A DNA stretch of 64,000 nt from an uncultured Gemmatimonadales bacterium (GCA_963793305.1 CAWBZV010000005.1:1408001-1472000); one strand, 5' to 3'; counted from the stretch's first letter, positions 13,971 to 25,052 are shown. Numbers and translations are program-made. The notes: generated by a model from the letters alone, not told the origin.

Positions 13971-14410
13971 CAGTGCGGAGCGGCGGCCGAGTCCTTCTTC
14001 GGCACGATGTATTGGTATTGGGGCGGGGCGGCGGGTGGCCGCGGACCTTCGAACACCATGCCGCTCCGGTGCGTGCTATCCCCGGCCGTGGCGGGAGTGA
14101 TCGGTGGCGGCGCGGCCCGCTGTGAGGCGTTTCCCGTGAGAGTCGTCGGCGCGCCCGTCCCGGTATAGCTGTGTCCCGCGGACCGGATGACCGCATCGAC
14201 GACCCGGTCGTAATCGAGAATCACGAGATCGTCGCCACATTTGCGCGAGCATCCGGCATCGAAGAGCAGGTAATCATGCGCGCCGAAATGTCGCGCCGAC
14301 GCCGGTCGCCCCAGGATGTCGATGACCTGTTGGCGCGTCATACCTGGCTCGATCGCGGTCTGCGCGGCGAGAGGTGCGCTCACCAACAGAAGGAGAAGGG
14401 CAGCTCTCAT
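13970..14410 (-). CDS. Secreted hypothetical protein with BamE/SmpA-like motif
   Basis: Signal peptide; [17 protein letters not shown] motif; overlaps both purQ and purL. Confidence 0.6.
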   Translation of the reverse strand: MRAALLLLLVSAPLAAQTAIEPGMTRQQVIDILGRPASARHFGAHDYLLFDAGCSRKCGDDLVILDYDRVVDAVIRSAGHSYTGTGAPTTLTGNASQRAAPPPITPATAGDSTHRSGMVFEGPRPPAAPPQYQYIVPKKDSAAAPH

Positions 14411-15075
14411 GCGGGCACCCGTGCGAGGAGGGATGAGAAGATCGCGAGTCCGTCGTCCCCTCCAACGAGGGGATCAACGACCCGCTCGGGATGCGGCATT
14501 ACGCCGAGCACATTCCCAGCTTCGTTCACGATCCCGGCGATATCACGCGCCGAGCCATTCGGATTCACCCCGTGATATCGAAAGATCACCCGATTCTTGG
14601 ACTCGAGCTCGTCGAGCGTTGCGTCGTCGGCCGTGTAGCGCCCCTCGCCGTGGGCAATGGGGAATCGTACGATCTGGCCGGTCGAGTAATTCGATGAGAA
14701 GAGACTCTCCGTGGTCTCGACGCGGAGTCGCACGGGCTCGCAGATGTACTGCAGGCCGGCGTTGCGCATGAGCGCTCCAGGGAGCAGGCCAGCCTCGCAC
14801 GCGACCTGAAACCCATTGCAGATCGCGAGGACCGGCCCGCCACGCTTCGCATGGGCAATGACATCGGTCATGATCGGGCTGAATCGCGCGATCGCGCCGG
14901 CGCGGAGATAATCACCGTAGGCGAAGCCGCCCGGAAGGATCACGACATCGACGTCCTGCAGGTCGTGGTCTTTGTGCCAGAGATACACGGCTTCTTCGCC
15001 AATGACGTTGACGACCGCGTGATAGGCGTCGGTGTCGCAGTTGGATCCGGGGAAACGAACGATACCGAATTTCAT
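14407..15075 (-). CDS. purQ: FGAM synthase glutaminase subunit PurQ
   Basis: FPGSNCD, ICNGFQ, MPHPER. Confidence 0.96.
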   Translation of the reverse strand: MKFGIVRFPGSNCDTDAYHAVVNVIGEEAVYLWHKDHDLQDVDVVILPGGFAYGDYLRAGAIARFSPIMTDVIAHAKRGGPVLAICNGFQVACEAGLLPGALMRNAGLQYICEPVRLRVETTESLFSSNYSTGQIVRFPIAHGEGRYTADDATLDELESKNRVIFRYHGVNPNGSARDIAGIVNEAGNVLGVMPHPERVVDPLVGGDDGLAIFSSLLARVPA

Positions 15076-15329
15076 AGCGTCTCCACTCTCGTGATCGCGA
15101 AGTCCTCGATGACCGGGTTCGCGAGGAGCTTCTTGCACATCGCGCCCACCGATTCGCGCGCGCCGCTCTCGTTCGGTGCGTCAGCGTCCACGACGACATA
15201 GCGGCCAACGTGTACGTCGGTGACGCCGGCGAAGCCGAGCGTCCGCAACGCGTCGGCGACGGCCTTGCCCTGCGGGTCGAGAATGCCTTCGCGCGGCTTG
15301 ATCTCTACCGACACCCGATATCGCGTCAT
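15072..15329 (-). CDS. purS: FGAM synthase subunit PurS
   Basis: ILDPQG, LLANPVIE. Confidence 0.95.
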   Translation of the reverse strand: MTRYRVSVEIKPREGILDPQGKAVADALRTLGFAGVTDVHVGRYVVVDADAPNESGARESVGAMCKKLLANPVIEDFAITRVETL

Positions 15330-16235
15330 TCTCCCTCGTAATCGATCGTTCGAGCGACCGTGGGCGTCGGCTGTCCCGACGCGCCACTCAATCGTTGCCG
15401 CCGCCGCCGCTCACGCCGCTCGCGTGCCGTCAGATCGTCGTCACCCTCTTCGTCGCCATACGCCGACCCGGTCGGGATACGATCGATGGATCCGAGGATC
15501 AGCGTCTTGACCAGGCCATAGAGCACGTACGTCATGCCGGCGGGGAAGAAGAACTGCCGGCCAAACTCCATGATACCGGTGACGCAGATGATCACCAGCA
15601 ACAGCCCACCAATGCCGCGCCAGGTCCGCACACCGATCTTGGGCATCGCGGGGTAGGGCGTGTGCGTCACCATGAGGATCGCCAGGCCGACCATGACGTA
15701 CTTCACCATCTCGTTCCACGGCATTCCGAACAGCCGCGCGTCGTAGAGCTTCGACTGGCTGAACCAATAATACGTCGCCAGCGTGCACCCCGCCGCCGGA
15801 CTCGGCAACCCGACGAAATGCGTCTTCTTCGTCCCGGCCTGCGTGACATTAAATCGCGCCAGCCGGATCACGGCGCACGCGCAGAATATGAACACCAGCA
15901 GCCACAGCGCCCCGCCTTCCTGCTGCAGCACCGAAAAATAAATAATCATCGCCGGCGCCAGCCCGAACGAGATCGCGTCGACCAGCGAATCCAACTCCTC
16001 GCCAAATCGACTTCCGGTTCCGGTCGCCCGCGCCACTCGACCATCGAACCCGTCGCAGATGCCGCCGAGCACGATCCACAAAACGGCGCGCGAGTACTCG
16101 CCGCGTGAGGCATTGACGATGGCGAAGATGCCAAAGAACAGATTCCCGATCGTGAACCCGTTGGGCAGGGCAGGCGCGGCCCGACGCATGTCCGCGCGTC
16201 GCAGCCGTCGCATTCTTGGGCGGCCGGATAACCAT
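15326..16235 (-). CDS. pssA: CDP-diacylglycerol--serine O-phosphatidyltransferase (probable +1 insertion at 16209-16215; intact frame from 16213)
   Basis: DGFDGRVARATGTGSRFGEELDSLVD CDP-alcohol motif, RLARFN, FVGLPSPA. Confidence 0.9.
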
Positions 16236-16888
16236 CACGGCAGCTCCGCCAACACCGTGGTCCCGGCGATGATCGATTGGCCGGTTTTGACTTTGATGGT
16301 GCTCCCTGGTGGGACGAAGACATTGACCCGGGACCCGAACCGAATAATTCCCAGGCGCGCGCCCTGCTCGACCTGGTCGCCAACGGCGCCGTACGTGACG
16401 ATGCGCCGCGCGATCAGCCCAGCGATCTGGCGAACGAGCAACCGATAGCGTCCCCCGGTCGACTCGATCCCGATCGACGACTGCTCGTTCTCCAGGCTCG
16501 CTTTCTCCATCGCCGCGTTCAAGAATTTCCCCGGATTGTAGTGGCGATAGACGACCGTCCCGCTGATCGGATACCGATTGACATGCACGTCGAACACGTT
16601 CATGAAAATCGAGATCCGCGTGGCTCGCCCATGCACGAATGTCGGCTCATCGACATTGGCGATCGCCTGCAGCCGCCCATCGGCCGGCGCCACCACGACC
16701 TTGTCGCCGCGCTCGCCGGCGCGTTCGGGGTCCCGAAAAAAGTACGGGACCCAGAGCGCCAGCAGCGCCAGCGCGAACGCGACCAGCCACAGGGCCCACG
16801 ACCGCATCGACAACGCCGCCACGAACGCGGCGAGCGCGATAATCGCCGCGATGCCGATAAAGACGTAACCCTCGCGAGCGAAGCTCAC
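16235..16888 (-). CDS. psd: Phosphatidylserine decarboxylase (short type)
   Basis: [36 protein letters not shown] self-cleavage motif. Confidence 0.92.
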   Translation of the reverse strand: MSFAREGYVFIGIAAIIALAAFVAALSMRSWALWLVAFALALLALWVPYFFRDPERAGERGDKVVVAPADGRLQAIANVDEPTFVHGRATRISIFMNVFDVHVNRYPISGTVVYRHYNPGKFLNAAMEKASLENEQSSIGIESTGGRYRLLVRQIAGLIARRIVTYGAVGDQVEQGARLGIIRFGSRVNVFVPPGSTIKVKTGQSIIAGTTVLAELP

Positions 16889-17788
16889 GAGAGCGCCGAT
16901 CCGGTGATGCGCCGATACGCGTCGAGATACCGCTCGCTCGTCGCGGCGACGACGTTCCGGGGGCAGGGTCGGCGGGGGCGAGTCCCCAGCCTTTTTCTCT
17001 CGCTCCAGATAGTCCCTGAGCGGCTGCTTGTCGAAACTCTCCTGTGCCCGTCCGGCCTGATATCGATCCGCCGGCCAAAATCGCGAGCTATCGGGCGTCA
17101 GCACCTCGTCGATCAACAGAATGCGCCCGTCTCGCTCGCCGAACTCGAACTTGGTGTCCGCAACGATGATCCCTCGCTCCGCCGCCCGATCCCGGCCCCG
17201 GGCGTAGATCCGCTGCGACAGATGCTCCAACTCGCCCGCGACTTCGTCACCGACGGCTGCCGCCACGTCCCGTTTCGTGATGTTCTCGTCGTGCCCAGTC
17301 TCGGCCTTGGACGCGGGACTAAAGATGGGCGGGTCCAACCGAGCGCTCTCGGTAAGCCCGGCCGGCAGTGGCTCGCCAGCGAGTGTCCCACGTTGCCGAT
17401 ACTCTTTCCAAGCCGATCCCGCGATGTACCCACGCACCACGCACTCGATGGGAAAGACCGTGGTTCGTTTCACGAGCATGGCCCGCTGGTGGAGCAACTC
17501 GCGATATCCGGCGAGCCGCGGAGCGGCCGCCGAGATACTATCGACATCCGAAGCGATCATGTGATGCTCGACGATGTCGCCGAGTTGCCGTAGCCACCAC
17601 GCGGTGAGCTGTGTCAGCACCGCCCCCTTGCGCGGAATGGCTTCGCGCATGACGACGTTGAACGCGCTCACCCGATCAGTCGCGACGATGAGCAACCGAT
17701 CGGCGTCGACCGCGTACACGTCCCGAACTTTCCCGCGTCGGACCAGTTCGAGGGGAAGATCTGTAGAGCGCAGGGCGGCTGTCGTCAT
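16885..17788 (-). CDS. purC: SAICAR synthetase; +1 frameshift at 16951-16957 falsely fuses it to psd
   Basis: [26 protein letters not shown]; native end [22 protein letters not shown] lies in a shifted frame with GTGA overlap to psd. Confidence 0.93.
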
Positions 17789-19224
17789 ACGCGGAGATCC
17801 TGCTCCTCGTGGAAGACCTCATCGTCGACGCCGACCAACAGCGGCTGCACGACATGCGCCAGGAACTCGTCGACCTGCTCGGGCGCCCGCCCGATAAACC
17901 GCCGCGGATCGCCGAGGTCGGCGGCCATCTGCCGCGTCACGCCCGACGCCTTGTCGCCGGCCAGCCGCTCGAACAGATCGTTCTGTCCCCCATTTGCCAC
18001 CTGCGCCTGGGAGGCCATACTGTGCTTGCGGATCGTCTCGTGCACGTCTTGCCGGTCGCCACCGGCTCTGACGGCCGCGACAATGATCTCCTCGGTTGCC
18101 ATGAACGGAATCTCGTCCTCGAGCCGCCGCCGAATGCGGGCCGGATGCACCTGCAATCCCCGGGCGACGTTGCGCATCAAGATCAGAATCGCGTCCGTCG
18201 CCAGGAACGCTTCCGGGATCACCAGCCGACGATTGGCGCTGTCATCGAGCGTGCGCTCGAAGTACTGCACGCTGTGCGTCTGGTTCGCGTTCGGCTCGAG
18301 CGACAGCACGAATCTCGCGAGCGACGCGATCCGCTCGGATCGCATCGGGTTGCGCTTGTACGCCATGGCGGACGAGCCCACCTGCTCGCGCTCGAACGGC
18401 TCCTCGATCTCGCCGAACGCCTGGAGCATCCGAATATCGCTCGAGAATTTCGCGGCGCTGGCCACAATGCCCGCCAGGACCCCCAGGACCTTCGCGTCCA
18501 GCTTCCGCGTGTAGGTCTGACCGGTGACCGGCAGCGACCGCCCGCTGAATCCCATGCACTCCGAGACGCGCCGGTCCAATTCCTTGACCTTGTCCTGGTC
18601 GCCATCGAACAGGCGCAGAAAGCTCGCCTGCGTGCCCGTGGTCCCCTTGATGCCGCGAAACGGGAGCGTCTCGTCCAAGTACTCGAGGTCGCGGAAGTCG
18701 AGCACCAGATCTTCCATCCACAGGGTCGCCCGCTTCCCGACGGTCGTCGGCTGCGCGGGCTGGAGATGCGTGTAGCCGAGCGTCGGCTCGTCTTTCCACT
18801 CGCGGGCGAAGCGGGCCAGCACGCCCAGCACCCGCACCAGCTTGTCCCGCAAGATGCGCAGCCCGTCGCGCATCAAGATGAGATCGGCGTTGTCCGTGAT
18901 GTCGGCGCTCGTTGCGCCAAGATGGATGTACGGACGGGCGATCGGTGCGACATCGCCAAACGCCCGAACGTGAGCCATGACATCGTGCCGCGTCACGCGC
19001 TCATACTCGGCGACCCGCGCGAAATCGATGTCGTCGAGATGCTGGGACATCTCTTTCACGGCGGCGAGCGGGACATCCGCCCCCAGCTCGTACTCCGCCT
19101 CGGCCAACGCATGCCAGATGCGTCGCCACGTGGCGTGTCGGCGTTGCGGTGACCAGAGCGCGAGCATCTCCCCGGAGGCATACCGCTCGGCCAATGGGGA
19201 GCTATAGAAATCGCGCTCGGTCAT
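17785..19224 (-). CDS. purB: Adenylosuccinate lyase
   Basis: [18 protein letters not shown] signature. Confidence 0.96.
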   Translation of the reverse strand: MTERDFYSSPLAERYASGEMLALWSPQRRHATWRRIWHALAEAEYELGADVPLAAVKEMSQHLDDIDFARVAEYERVTRHDVMAHVRAFGDVAPIARPYIHLGATSADITDNADLILMRDGLRILRDKLVRVLGVLARFAREWKDEPTLGYTHLQPAQPTTVGKRATLWMEDLVLDFRDLEYLDETLPFRGIKGTTGTQASFLRLFDGDQDKVKELDRRVSECMGFSGRSLPVTGQTYTRKLDAKVLGVLAGIVASAAKFSSDIRMLQAFGEIEEPFEREQVGSSAMAYKRNPMRSERIASLARFVLSLEPNANQTHSVQYFERTLDDSANRRLVIPEAFLATDAILILMRNVARGLQVHPARIRRRLEDEIPFMATEEIIVAAVRAGGDRQDVHETIRKHSMASQAQVANGGQNDLFERLAGDKASGVTRQMAADLGDPRRFIGRAPEQVDEFLAHVVQPLLVGVDDEVFHEEQDLRV

Positions 19225-19230
19225 GTCGCG

Positions 19231-20586
19231 TTATTGGATGCTGAAATCAGTGGAGAACACCTGGCCGCTTCGCTCGAAGAACATGCGAATCGGCCCACGG
19301 CCACCATAGTAATTTAACGCCTTCGCCGCCTCATCCGCGCTGGTGATCGGCGTTCGGTTGATTTGTACGATCACGTCGCCGGTCTGGATGCCGAGATCCT
19401 CGGCCACACGGTCGCTCAGCTTGTAGATGACCGCGCCGTGCTCGCTGCGGATGCCGCGCTCCGACCGAATGGCCGGCGTCAGCGTCACCAGTTCCAGCTC
19501 CCGCAACACCTCGACTTTCTGGGCGCTCACCTCTGGTAGGTCGCCAACGGTCACCGTGACCGGTATTTCCCGCGCGCCGCGCTTGACCGTCAACACGACT
19601 GCCTGGCCAACGCGGAGGTCGAGGAGGAGCGCTTCCCAGTCGTAGGGGTTCCGCAACGACCGCGTCCCGGCTTTCTCGATGACATCGCCCGGTTGGAGTC
19701 CGGCGGAGGCAGCCGGTGACCCTGGGACGATAGTGCGAATGACGACACCCGAATTGAGCGCGTCCCTGGGGTTGTTCGTCTCGGGCAACTTGAGCTTGAT
19801 CCCGACCCACGGGCGCCGCACGCTGCCGTGGGCCAGGAGATCGTCGGCGACTCGCTTGACCCGGTTGATGGGGATCGCGAACCCGAGCCCGACGGACCCG
19901 CCGCTGGGCGAATAGATCGAGCTGTTCACGCCAATGACATCGCCGACGGCATTGACCAACGGTCCCCCGGAATTCCCGGGGTTGATGGCGGCGTCCGTCT
20001 GGATCATGTCGACATAGACGCCATTGCCCTCGGCCTGGCCGACCAGATTCCGTCCCACGCCGCTCACGACGCCGACGGTGACGCTGGGCTCTGGATTCCC
20101 GAGGTAGAACCCGTAGGGGTTCCCGATCGCGATCGCCCACTCGCCGATCAAGAGGTCGTCCGACGACCCGAGTGGAGCGACCGGAAGGCCGGTCGCGGGG
20201 ATCTTGACCACGGCGAGATCATTGACCTCGTCTACCCCGAGCACCTTCGCGACGTAGCTCGTTCCGTCGCGCAGCGCGACCGAGACCTGCGATGCGCCGG
20301 CCACCACGTGGGCGTTCGTGACGATGACCCCATCGCTCCGAATGACAAACCCGGTCCCGAGCCCCGGGACTTTCTGTTGGGCATTCCCGCCGAAAAACGC
20401 ATCAAACGGATCGTTCGAACGTTCGACGACCTCGGTCTGGATCGTCACGACCGATGGCGACACTCTCGCCACGGCGTCTGTGATGGCTGTTTTCCTGACC
20501 CCAGCCGCTGGTGGGGCCGAACGAATGGTCTGCGCGTCACCGCCAGTGCAACCAGCCAACGCACACACCAGCAGGAGTCGTCTCAT
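19231..20586 (-). CDS. HtrA/DegP-family serine protease with two PDZ domains, lipoprotein
   Basis: LAGC lipobox, TNAHVV, QTDAAINPGNSGGPL. Confidence 0.93.
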   Translation of the reverse strand: MRRLLLVCALAGCTGGDAQTIRSAPPAAGVRKTAITDAVARVSPSVVTIQTEVVERSNDPFDAFFGGNAQQKVPGLGTGFVIRSDGVIVTNAHVVAGASQVSVALRDGTSYVAKVLGVDEVNDLAVVKIPATGLPVAPLGSSDDLLIGEWAIAIGNPYGFYLGNPEPSVTVGVVSGVGRNLVGQAEGNGVYVDMIQTDAAINPGNSGGPLVNAVGDVIGVNSSIYSPSGGSVGLGFAIPINRVKRVADDLLAHGSVRRPWVGIKLKLPETNNPRDALNSGVVIRTIVPGSPAASAGLQPGDVIEKAGTRSLRNPYDWEALLLDLRVGQAVVLTVKRGAREIPVTVTVGDLPEVSAQKVEVLRELELVTLTPAIRSERGIRSEHGAVIYKLSDRVAEDLGIQTGDVIVQINRTPITSADEAAKALNYYGGRGPIRMFFERSGQVFSTDFSIQ

Positions 20587-21236
20587 GTCTCGGCGCCGAT
20601 CTCCGCCAAGAACCGATCCACGCCGCGATCTGTGAGTGGATTGACCAACAAGGCGTGCAAGAGCTGTGGCTCGACCGCCAGGATGTCCGCTCCAGCGCGA
20701 GCGCAACGCCCAAACTGCGCGGGCCCTCGCGGACACCAGGCCATGACATCGCACTCGAACCCGTGCTGGAGCAACAGCGACGTCGTCTCGCGAACGACGT
20801 CCGCGCCATCGATGCCATAGAGGTCGAGATGATCGATCCCGATGCTGACCACCGAGGCCCCGGCCTTTGCGGCCAACGCGGCCTGTGCGGTCGTATACAC
20901 GAGGGTGGCCGTGACCTTGATCCCGTCCGCGCGCAGGCGCCGCAAGGCGCCGAGCGTATCCTCGACGAGCGGCACGGCAACGACGATCTGCTCGCTGAGC
21001 TTCGCCAGTTCGCGGCCGAGTCGATACGCCTCTGCGCCATCGACGGATTCGACGGCGGCGCACACGGGCACGGATACGGTGCCGCAGATCGCCGTCAAGA
21101 TGTCCTTCGGCTCGCGCCCAGACGCCTCGCTCTCGCGCGCCAGAATCGCGGGCGATGCGACGACGCCATCGAGAAATCCACACTCGCTCGCCCAGCCGAT
21201 TTCCTGGGCGTCCGCGGTCGCCAGATAGATCTTCAT
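20583..21236 (-). CDS. Transaldolase/FSA-fold protein with degenerate active site
   Basis: Aligns by eye to small transaldolases (AQAALAAKAGA, NPLTDRGVDRF) but the Schiff-base Lys is Ala. Confidence 0.8.
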   Translation of the reverse strand: MKIYLATADAQEIGWASECGFLDGVVASPAILARESEASGREPKDILTAICGTVSVPVCAAVESVDGAEAYRLGRELAKLSEQIVVAVPLVEDTLGALRRLRADGIKVTATLVYTTAQAALAAKAGASVVSIGIDHLDLYGIDGADVVRETTSLLLQHGFECDVMAWCPRGPAQFGRCARAGADILAVEPQLLHALLVNPLTDRGVDRFLAEIGAET

Positions 21237-22012
21237 AAGTTCACGTAAAGGTCAGCCGGATACGTCACGCGCTCCAGCACGAGCGCGTGCGCGGGCGCCG
21301 GGGCCGAGGTGTCGCTGTTGTCCTGTGCCGTCAGCAGCCGCGCCACGTCGCCCGGGTCTCGTCGTCCTCTCGCCGCATCGACCATCGTTCCCACGAGAAA
21401 GCGCACCATGTGGTGCAGAAACCGATTGGCCTCGATCTCGAAAATTATGGCGCCACCGTCGCCGGCGTCACACCAGTGCGCCTCGGCGATGTCGCATCGA
21501 TGGTCGTCGGTGTCGGGCGCGGTCCCCCGCACGGCGTACGCCCTGAAGCAATGCTCGCCTCGTATCGCGTCGGCGGCGTCCCGCAGAACGGCGCCGTCGA
21601 GCCGATCCTCCACGTACCACTCATAGCGCTGTCGGAACGGCGACCGCAATGTCTCCGCAATCCCCACACGATACGAGTATCGTCTCGCCACCGCGCTATA
21701 CCGGGCGTGGAACTCGGGCGCCATGTCATATGCCGCGGCAACCCAAACCTCCTCAGGGAGGATCGCGTTGAGTGCGCGTCGGAGACGGGCGGCCGACCAA
21801 GACTCGGGGACGACCGCGCCGACCGACTGGCCGCGAGCGTGCACGCCCGCGTCGGTGCGGCCTGCGCCAATGGCCTTCGTCTCTCGGTTACACAACCGGG
21901 TGAGCGCTGCCTCGAGCACGCCTTGCACGGTGCGCGTCTCAGGCTGCCGCTGCCACCCCGCGAAGCCGGCTCCGTCGTAGTGCAGCACGAGCTGGACCGT
22001 GTGCTCCGCCAT
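21233..22012 (-). CDS. truA: tRNA pseudouridine(38-40) synthase
   Basis: YDGAGFAGWQRQ, AGRTDAGVHA, FLHHMVR. Confidence 0.95.
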   Translation of the reverse strand: MAEHTVQLVLHYDGAGFAGWQRQPETRTVQGVLEAALTRLCNRETKAIGAGRTDAGVHARGQSVGAVVPESWSAARLRRALNAILPEEVWVAAAYDMAPEFHARYSAVARRYSYRVGIAETLRSPFRQRYEWYVEDRLDGAVLRDAADAIRGEHCFRAYAVRGTAPDTDDHRCDIAEAHWCDAGDGGAIIFEIEANRFLHHMVRFLVGTMVDAARGRRDPGDVARLLTAQDNSDTSAPAPAHALVLERVTYPADLYVNL

Positions 22013-22050
22013 GGGGAAAGCTAATCCGAGCGTGCTGACCGCTGCAAAGG

Positions 22051-22434
22051 TCAGCGGCGAATCAGCAGCACCTGCAAGCCCGAGAGCTGTCCCGTGATGG
22101 TGTCTCCGGCCGGATTCATCCGGCCGACAAAAACGCCATTGTCGACGAAACCGTTCTGGCCGAGAGACACGTTCACGCTGTCGCCGAACGCCGACCCCGT
22201 GAGTGGTCCCTGGTATTGGATCCCGACCACGGCGGTCTGCGACGCCACCCAGGTCCCGGTGACGGTCGACTGCGTCTGCTGGAGGCTGAACGTGAGACCA
22301 TAGCTGTCGCCCGTGAACGCGGGCTGGACGCCTCCCGCCCAGGTGCCAGTCACACTGGGCGCCTTGGGGCCGGTCGACTCGCACGCCGACAGTAGGGTGA
22401 CGCCCATCACCAAGCCGATCGCCGCGCCGCGCAT
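22051..22434 (-). CDS. Hypothetical lipoprotein
   Basis: LSAC lipobox; beta-rich VTGTW repeats. Confidence 0.65.
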   Translation of the reverse strand: MRGAAIGLVMGVTLLSACESTGPKAPSVTGTWAGGVQPAFTGDSYGLTFSLQQTQSTVTGTWVASQTAVVGIQYQGPLTGSAFGDSVNVSLGQNGFVDNGVFVGRMNPAGDTITGQLSGLQVLLIRR

Positions 22435-22518
22435 ACAGCCCTCGCGTTGGGAACCACCGAATGGTAAGCCTCGATGCGGCGTTGTGCCCGCCGCGCGCCC
22501 CCACTCGTCGCTCTACGC

Positions 22519-23826
22519 ATGGCCCCTCGAACCCTCCAGTCCCTGGCGCATGCCCTCGCAAGCGCGCCCGACCTCGACGCGGCCCTCGTCGCGTTGGGCG
22601 AGGGACTGGCGGAGGTCGACCGGACTGCCTACGTGGCCCTGCTGCGCTACGACGGCCGCAGGGAGATGATCGTCGACCGCCTGACGCCGACCGGCGGGAC
22701 GGTCGGTCGCACCATGGTCGAGACGACGTTCGACCATCTCTCGGCCCCGGTGCGCCATGGCGTCTCCCAGGGGGCCGAATTCGTCGACCTCGGCGACCAG
22801 TCGCAGGAGTACGCGCGGCTGTTCGGGATGATGCCGTTCGCGGACGGTGGGATGCTCGCCCTGCGCGGCATCCGGTTCGACGGGTACCTGGCGGCGGTCG
22901 TCGCCCTCTACGAGTCCAAGAAAATCTTCGGCACCCGCGCGTCCGAGCGCTTCGCGCCGTTCGTCGCCCTCTTCGAGCTGGGGTTCGCGCGGTTCGCCGA
23001 GCGCGAAGCGCGCGACGAGGCGGTACGGCACGTCGAAGACGTGACCCACCGCGTGCACGGCGAGTACGTCAAGAAGCTAGCCGCCCTCGAGCGACGGCTC
23101 GCGAAGCAGGGACCGAGCTCGGAACAAACGGCAAGCCGGTTGATCGAGCTGGAAGCCGAAATCGCGCGGGCGAACGAGGAAACACGCCTGGCGGGGAAGC
23201 GCGCCGAGGAGCTGGAGCAACAAGTCGCTGGTGCCACGCCGAAGTTCGAGCAGATGCAGGGTGAGCTGCACCGGCGCAGCGAGTTGCTTCGCCAGAAGAC
23301 CCGCACGCTGTACCTGATCGACAAAGTCCTGACGCTGGACAACATGGCGACCGATCCGCGGAAGCTGATCGATGGCCTCCTCGCGCTGGTCGGCGATGAC
23401 ATGGCAGCCCAGCGCTGCTCCCTGATGCTGATGGCCCCGGAGCCGGGCTACCTGTACCTGGCCGCCGCGCGTGGACTGGCGCCCCATATAGTCGAGGGAT
23501 CCAGGATCGCGATCGGCGAGGGCGTCGCCGGCCGCGTGGCGGCGTCCCGTGAGCCGATCCTCGTTCAGGATGTCGAGGCCGCCCAGGCCCACCCGCTCTT
23601 GCGCGACCAGTACTTTACGACCGGGTCTTTCATCTCCTTTCCATTGATCTACCACGATACCCTGGTCGGCGTGGTGAACCTGACGAATCGCGCACAGCGC
23701 GGCGTGTTCATCGAAGAGGACGTGGAGCGCGTGCGCCTGCTCGGCCTCGTGATCTCCTTGGTCGTCTCGCACGCGCGCTTCGTTGAACGACCGGCCCCGG
23801 CCCCCGGAGCACTGGTTGCCAACTGA
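22519..23826 (+). CDS. GAF-like domain / coiled coil / GAF domain protein, no output domain
   Basis: C-terminal GAF (GEGVAGRVA, SFISFPL, VGVVNLTN); central heptad-rich segment. Confidence 0.75.
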   Translation: MAPRTLQSLAHALASAPDLDAALVALGEGLAEVDRTAYVALLRYDGRREMIVDRLTPTGGTVGRTMVETTFDHLSAPVRHGVSQGAEFVDLGDQSQEYARLFGMMPFADGGMLALRGIRFDGYLAAVVALYESKKIFGTRASERFAPFVALFELGFARFAEREARDEAVRHVEDVTHRVHGEYVKKLAALERRLAKQGPSSEQTASRLIELEAEIARANEETRLAGKRAEELEQQVAGATPKFEQMQGELHRRSELLRQKTRTLYLIDKVLTLDNMATDPRKLIDGLLALVGDDMAAQRCSLMLMAPEPGYLYLAAARGLAPHIVEGSRIAIGEGVAGRVAASREPILVQDVEAAQAHPLLRDQYFTTGSFISFPLIYHDTLVGVVNLTNRAQRGVFIEEDVERVRLLGLVISLVVSHARFVERPAPAPGALVAN

Positions 23827-24850
23827 GGCCCTGCGCGACGCGCTCCGAGCGCTCGCGCACGGCCGATCGCTCTCCGCTCCCTCGGTCCGGGAAGCGTTCG
23901 GCGTGATCATGCGCGGCGAGTCGACACCGGCGCAGACGGCGGCGCTGTTGATGGGACTCCGCGTCCGGGGCGAAACGCCGGACGAGCTGGCGGGCGCCGT
24001 GCAAGCGCTTCGCGACGCGATGATCCAGCTGCCGCACGCGGCCCCCGACACACTCGTCGACACCTGTGGGACGGGCGGCGGCGTCGTGTCGACGTTCAAC
24101 ATCTCGACTGCCGCGGCATTCGTGGCTGCCGCTGCCGGCGTCCGCGTCGCCAAGCACGGCAACCGCTCATACACCTCGCGCTGCGGCAGCGCCGACGTGC
24201 TCGAAGCGCTCGGTGTTCCGCTCGAAGCGCCACTCGAGACGATGGCGGCCGTGCTGGCCGAGTCGGGCATCGTGTTCATGTTCGCACCACGAATGCATCC
24301 GGCAATGCGACACGTCGGCCCGGTGCGCCGCGAGCTGGGGGTTCCGACGATCATGAACCTCGTCGGCCCGCTCGCCAATCCCGCGGGCGCAACGCGACAA
24401 GTCATCGGCGTCGGCGACCCCGAGCGCCTGCCCCTCGTCGCCAAGGCCGCCCTCGCGCTCGGCTTCTCCCGCGCGCTCGTCGTCCATGGCGCTCCAGGCC
24501 TCGATGAGATCTCTCCACTCGGCGTCACCCGCGTGTTGGAAGTCCGCGACGGCGCCTTACGCGACTGGGAGATTCGTCCGGCGGACCACAACCTCACCGG
24601 CCCGGCTTCCCATCTGGCATGCGGCGACCCCGAAGACAACGCGCTGATCATCCGCGAGGTACTGAGCGGCCGCGGCCCCGCGGGTGCGCGCGCCGCCGTT
24701 GCACTCAACGCCGGGGCGGCGATGTACGTGGCCGGCCTGGCGGACACCTACGCCGAGAGCGTCTCACGCGCGACAACGACGCTGGACTCAGGCGCTGGAC
24801 TTGCCGCCCTCGACCGCATGCTTGCGGCCTACGGGTCAGCGAAGCCTTGA
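23816..24850 (+). CDS. trpD: Anthranilate phosphoribosyltransferase
   Basis: DTCGTGG, FNISTA, KHGNRS, GLDEIS; TTG start with GGAG RBS. Confidence 0.95.
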   Translation: MPTEALRDALRALAHGRSLSAPSVREAFGVIMRGESTPAQTAALLMGLRVRGETPDELAGAVQALRDAMIQLPHAAPDTLVDTCGTGGGVVSTFNISTAAAFVAAAAGVRVAKHGNRSYTSRCGSADVLEALGVPLEAPLETMAAVLAESGIVFMFAPRMHPAMRHVGPVRRELGVPTIMNLVGPLANPAGATRQVIGVGDPERLPLVAKAALALGFSRALVVHGAPGLDEISPLGVTRVLEVRDGALRDWEIRPADHNLTGPASHLACGDPEDNALIIREVLSGRGPAGARAAVALNAGAAMYVAGLADTYAESVSRATTTLDSGAGLAALDRMLAAYGSAKP

Positions 24851-24854
24851 TGCT

Positions 24855-25052
24855 ATGAGCCGCGCCAAGATCATCGTCGGGACGCTCATGCTGTTCTGCG
24901 GCCTGGCAATGGTTGCGCTCAGGATCAGCATCACCCGCCAACCGAACGGCGACGCCTACGGCATCGTTCTCGGCGGCACTGAGCACATCGCGCTCGGGCT
25001 GCTGCTGGCTCTAGCCGGCGGGTTAATCCTGGCTACGGCCAGGCGCGGTTAG
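24855..25052 (+). CDS. Small two-TM membrane protein
   Basis: Two hydrophobic segments; starts 4 nt after the trpD stop. Confidence 0.55.
   Translation: MSRAKIIVGTLMLFCGLAMVALRISITRQPNGDAYGIVLGGTEHIALGLLLALAGGLILATARRG

Noticed and set aside
16235..17788. Apparent PurC-phosphatidylserine decarboxylase fusion (517 aa)
   Set aside because: Removing one base at 16951-57 restores the normal PurC C-terminus and a GTGA overlap with psd; likely indel artefact
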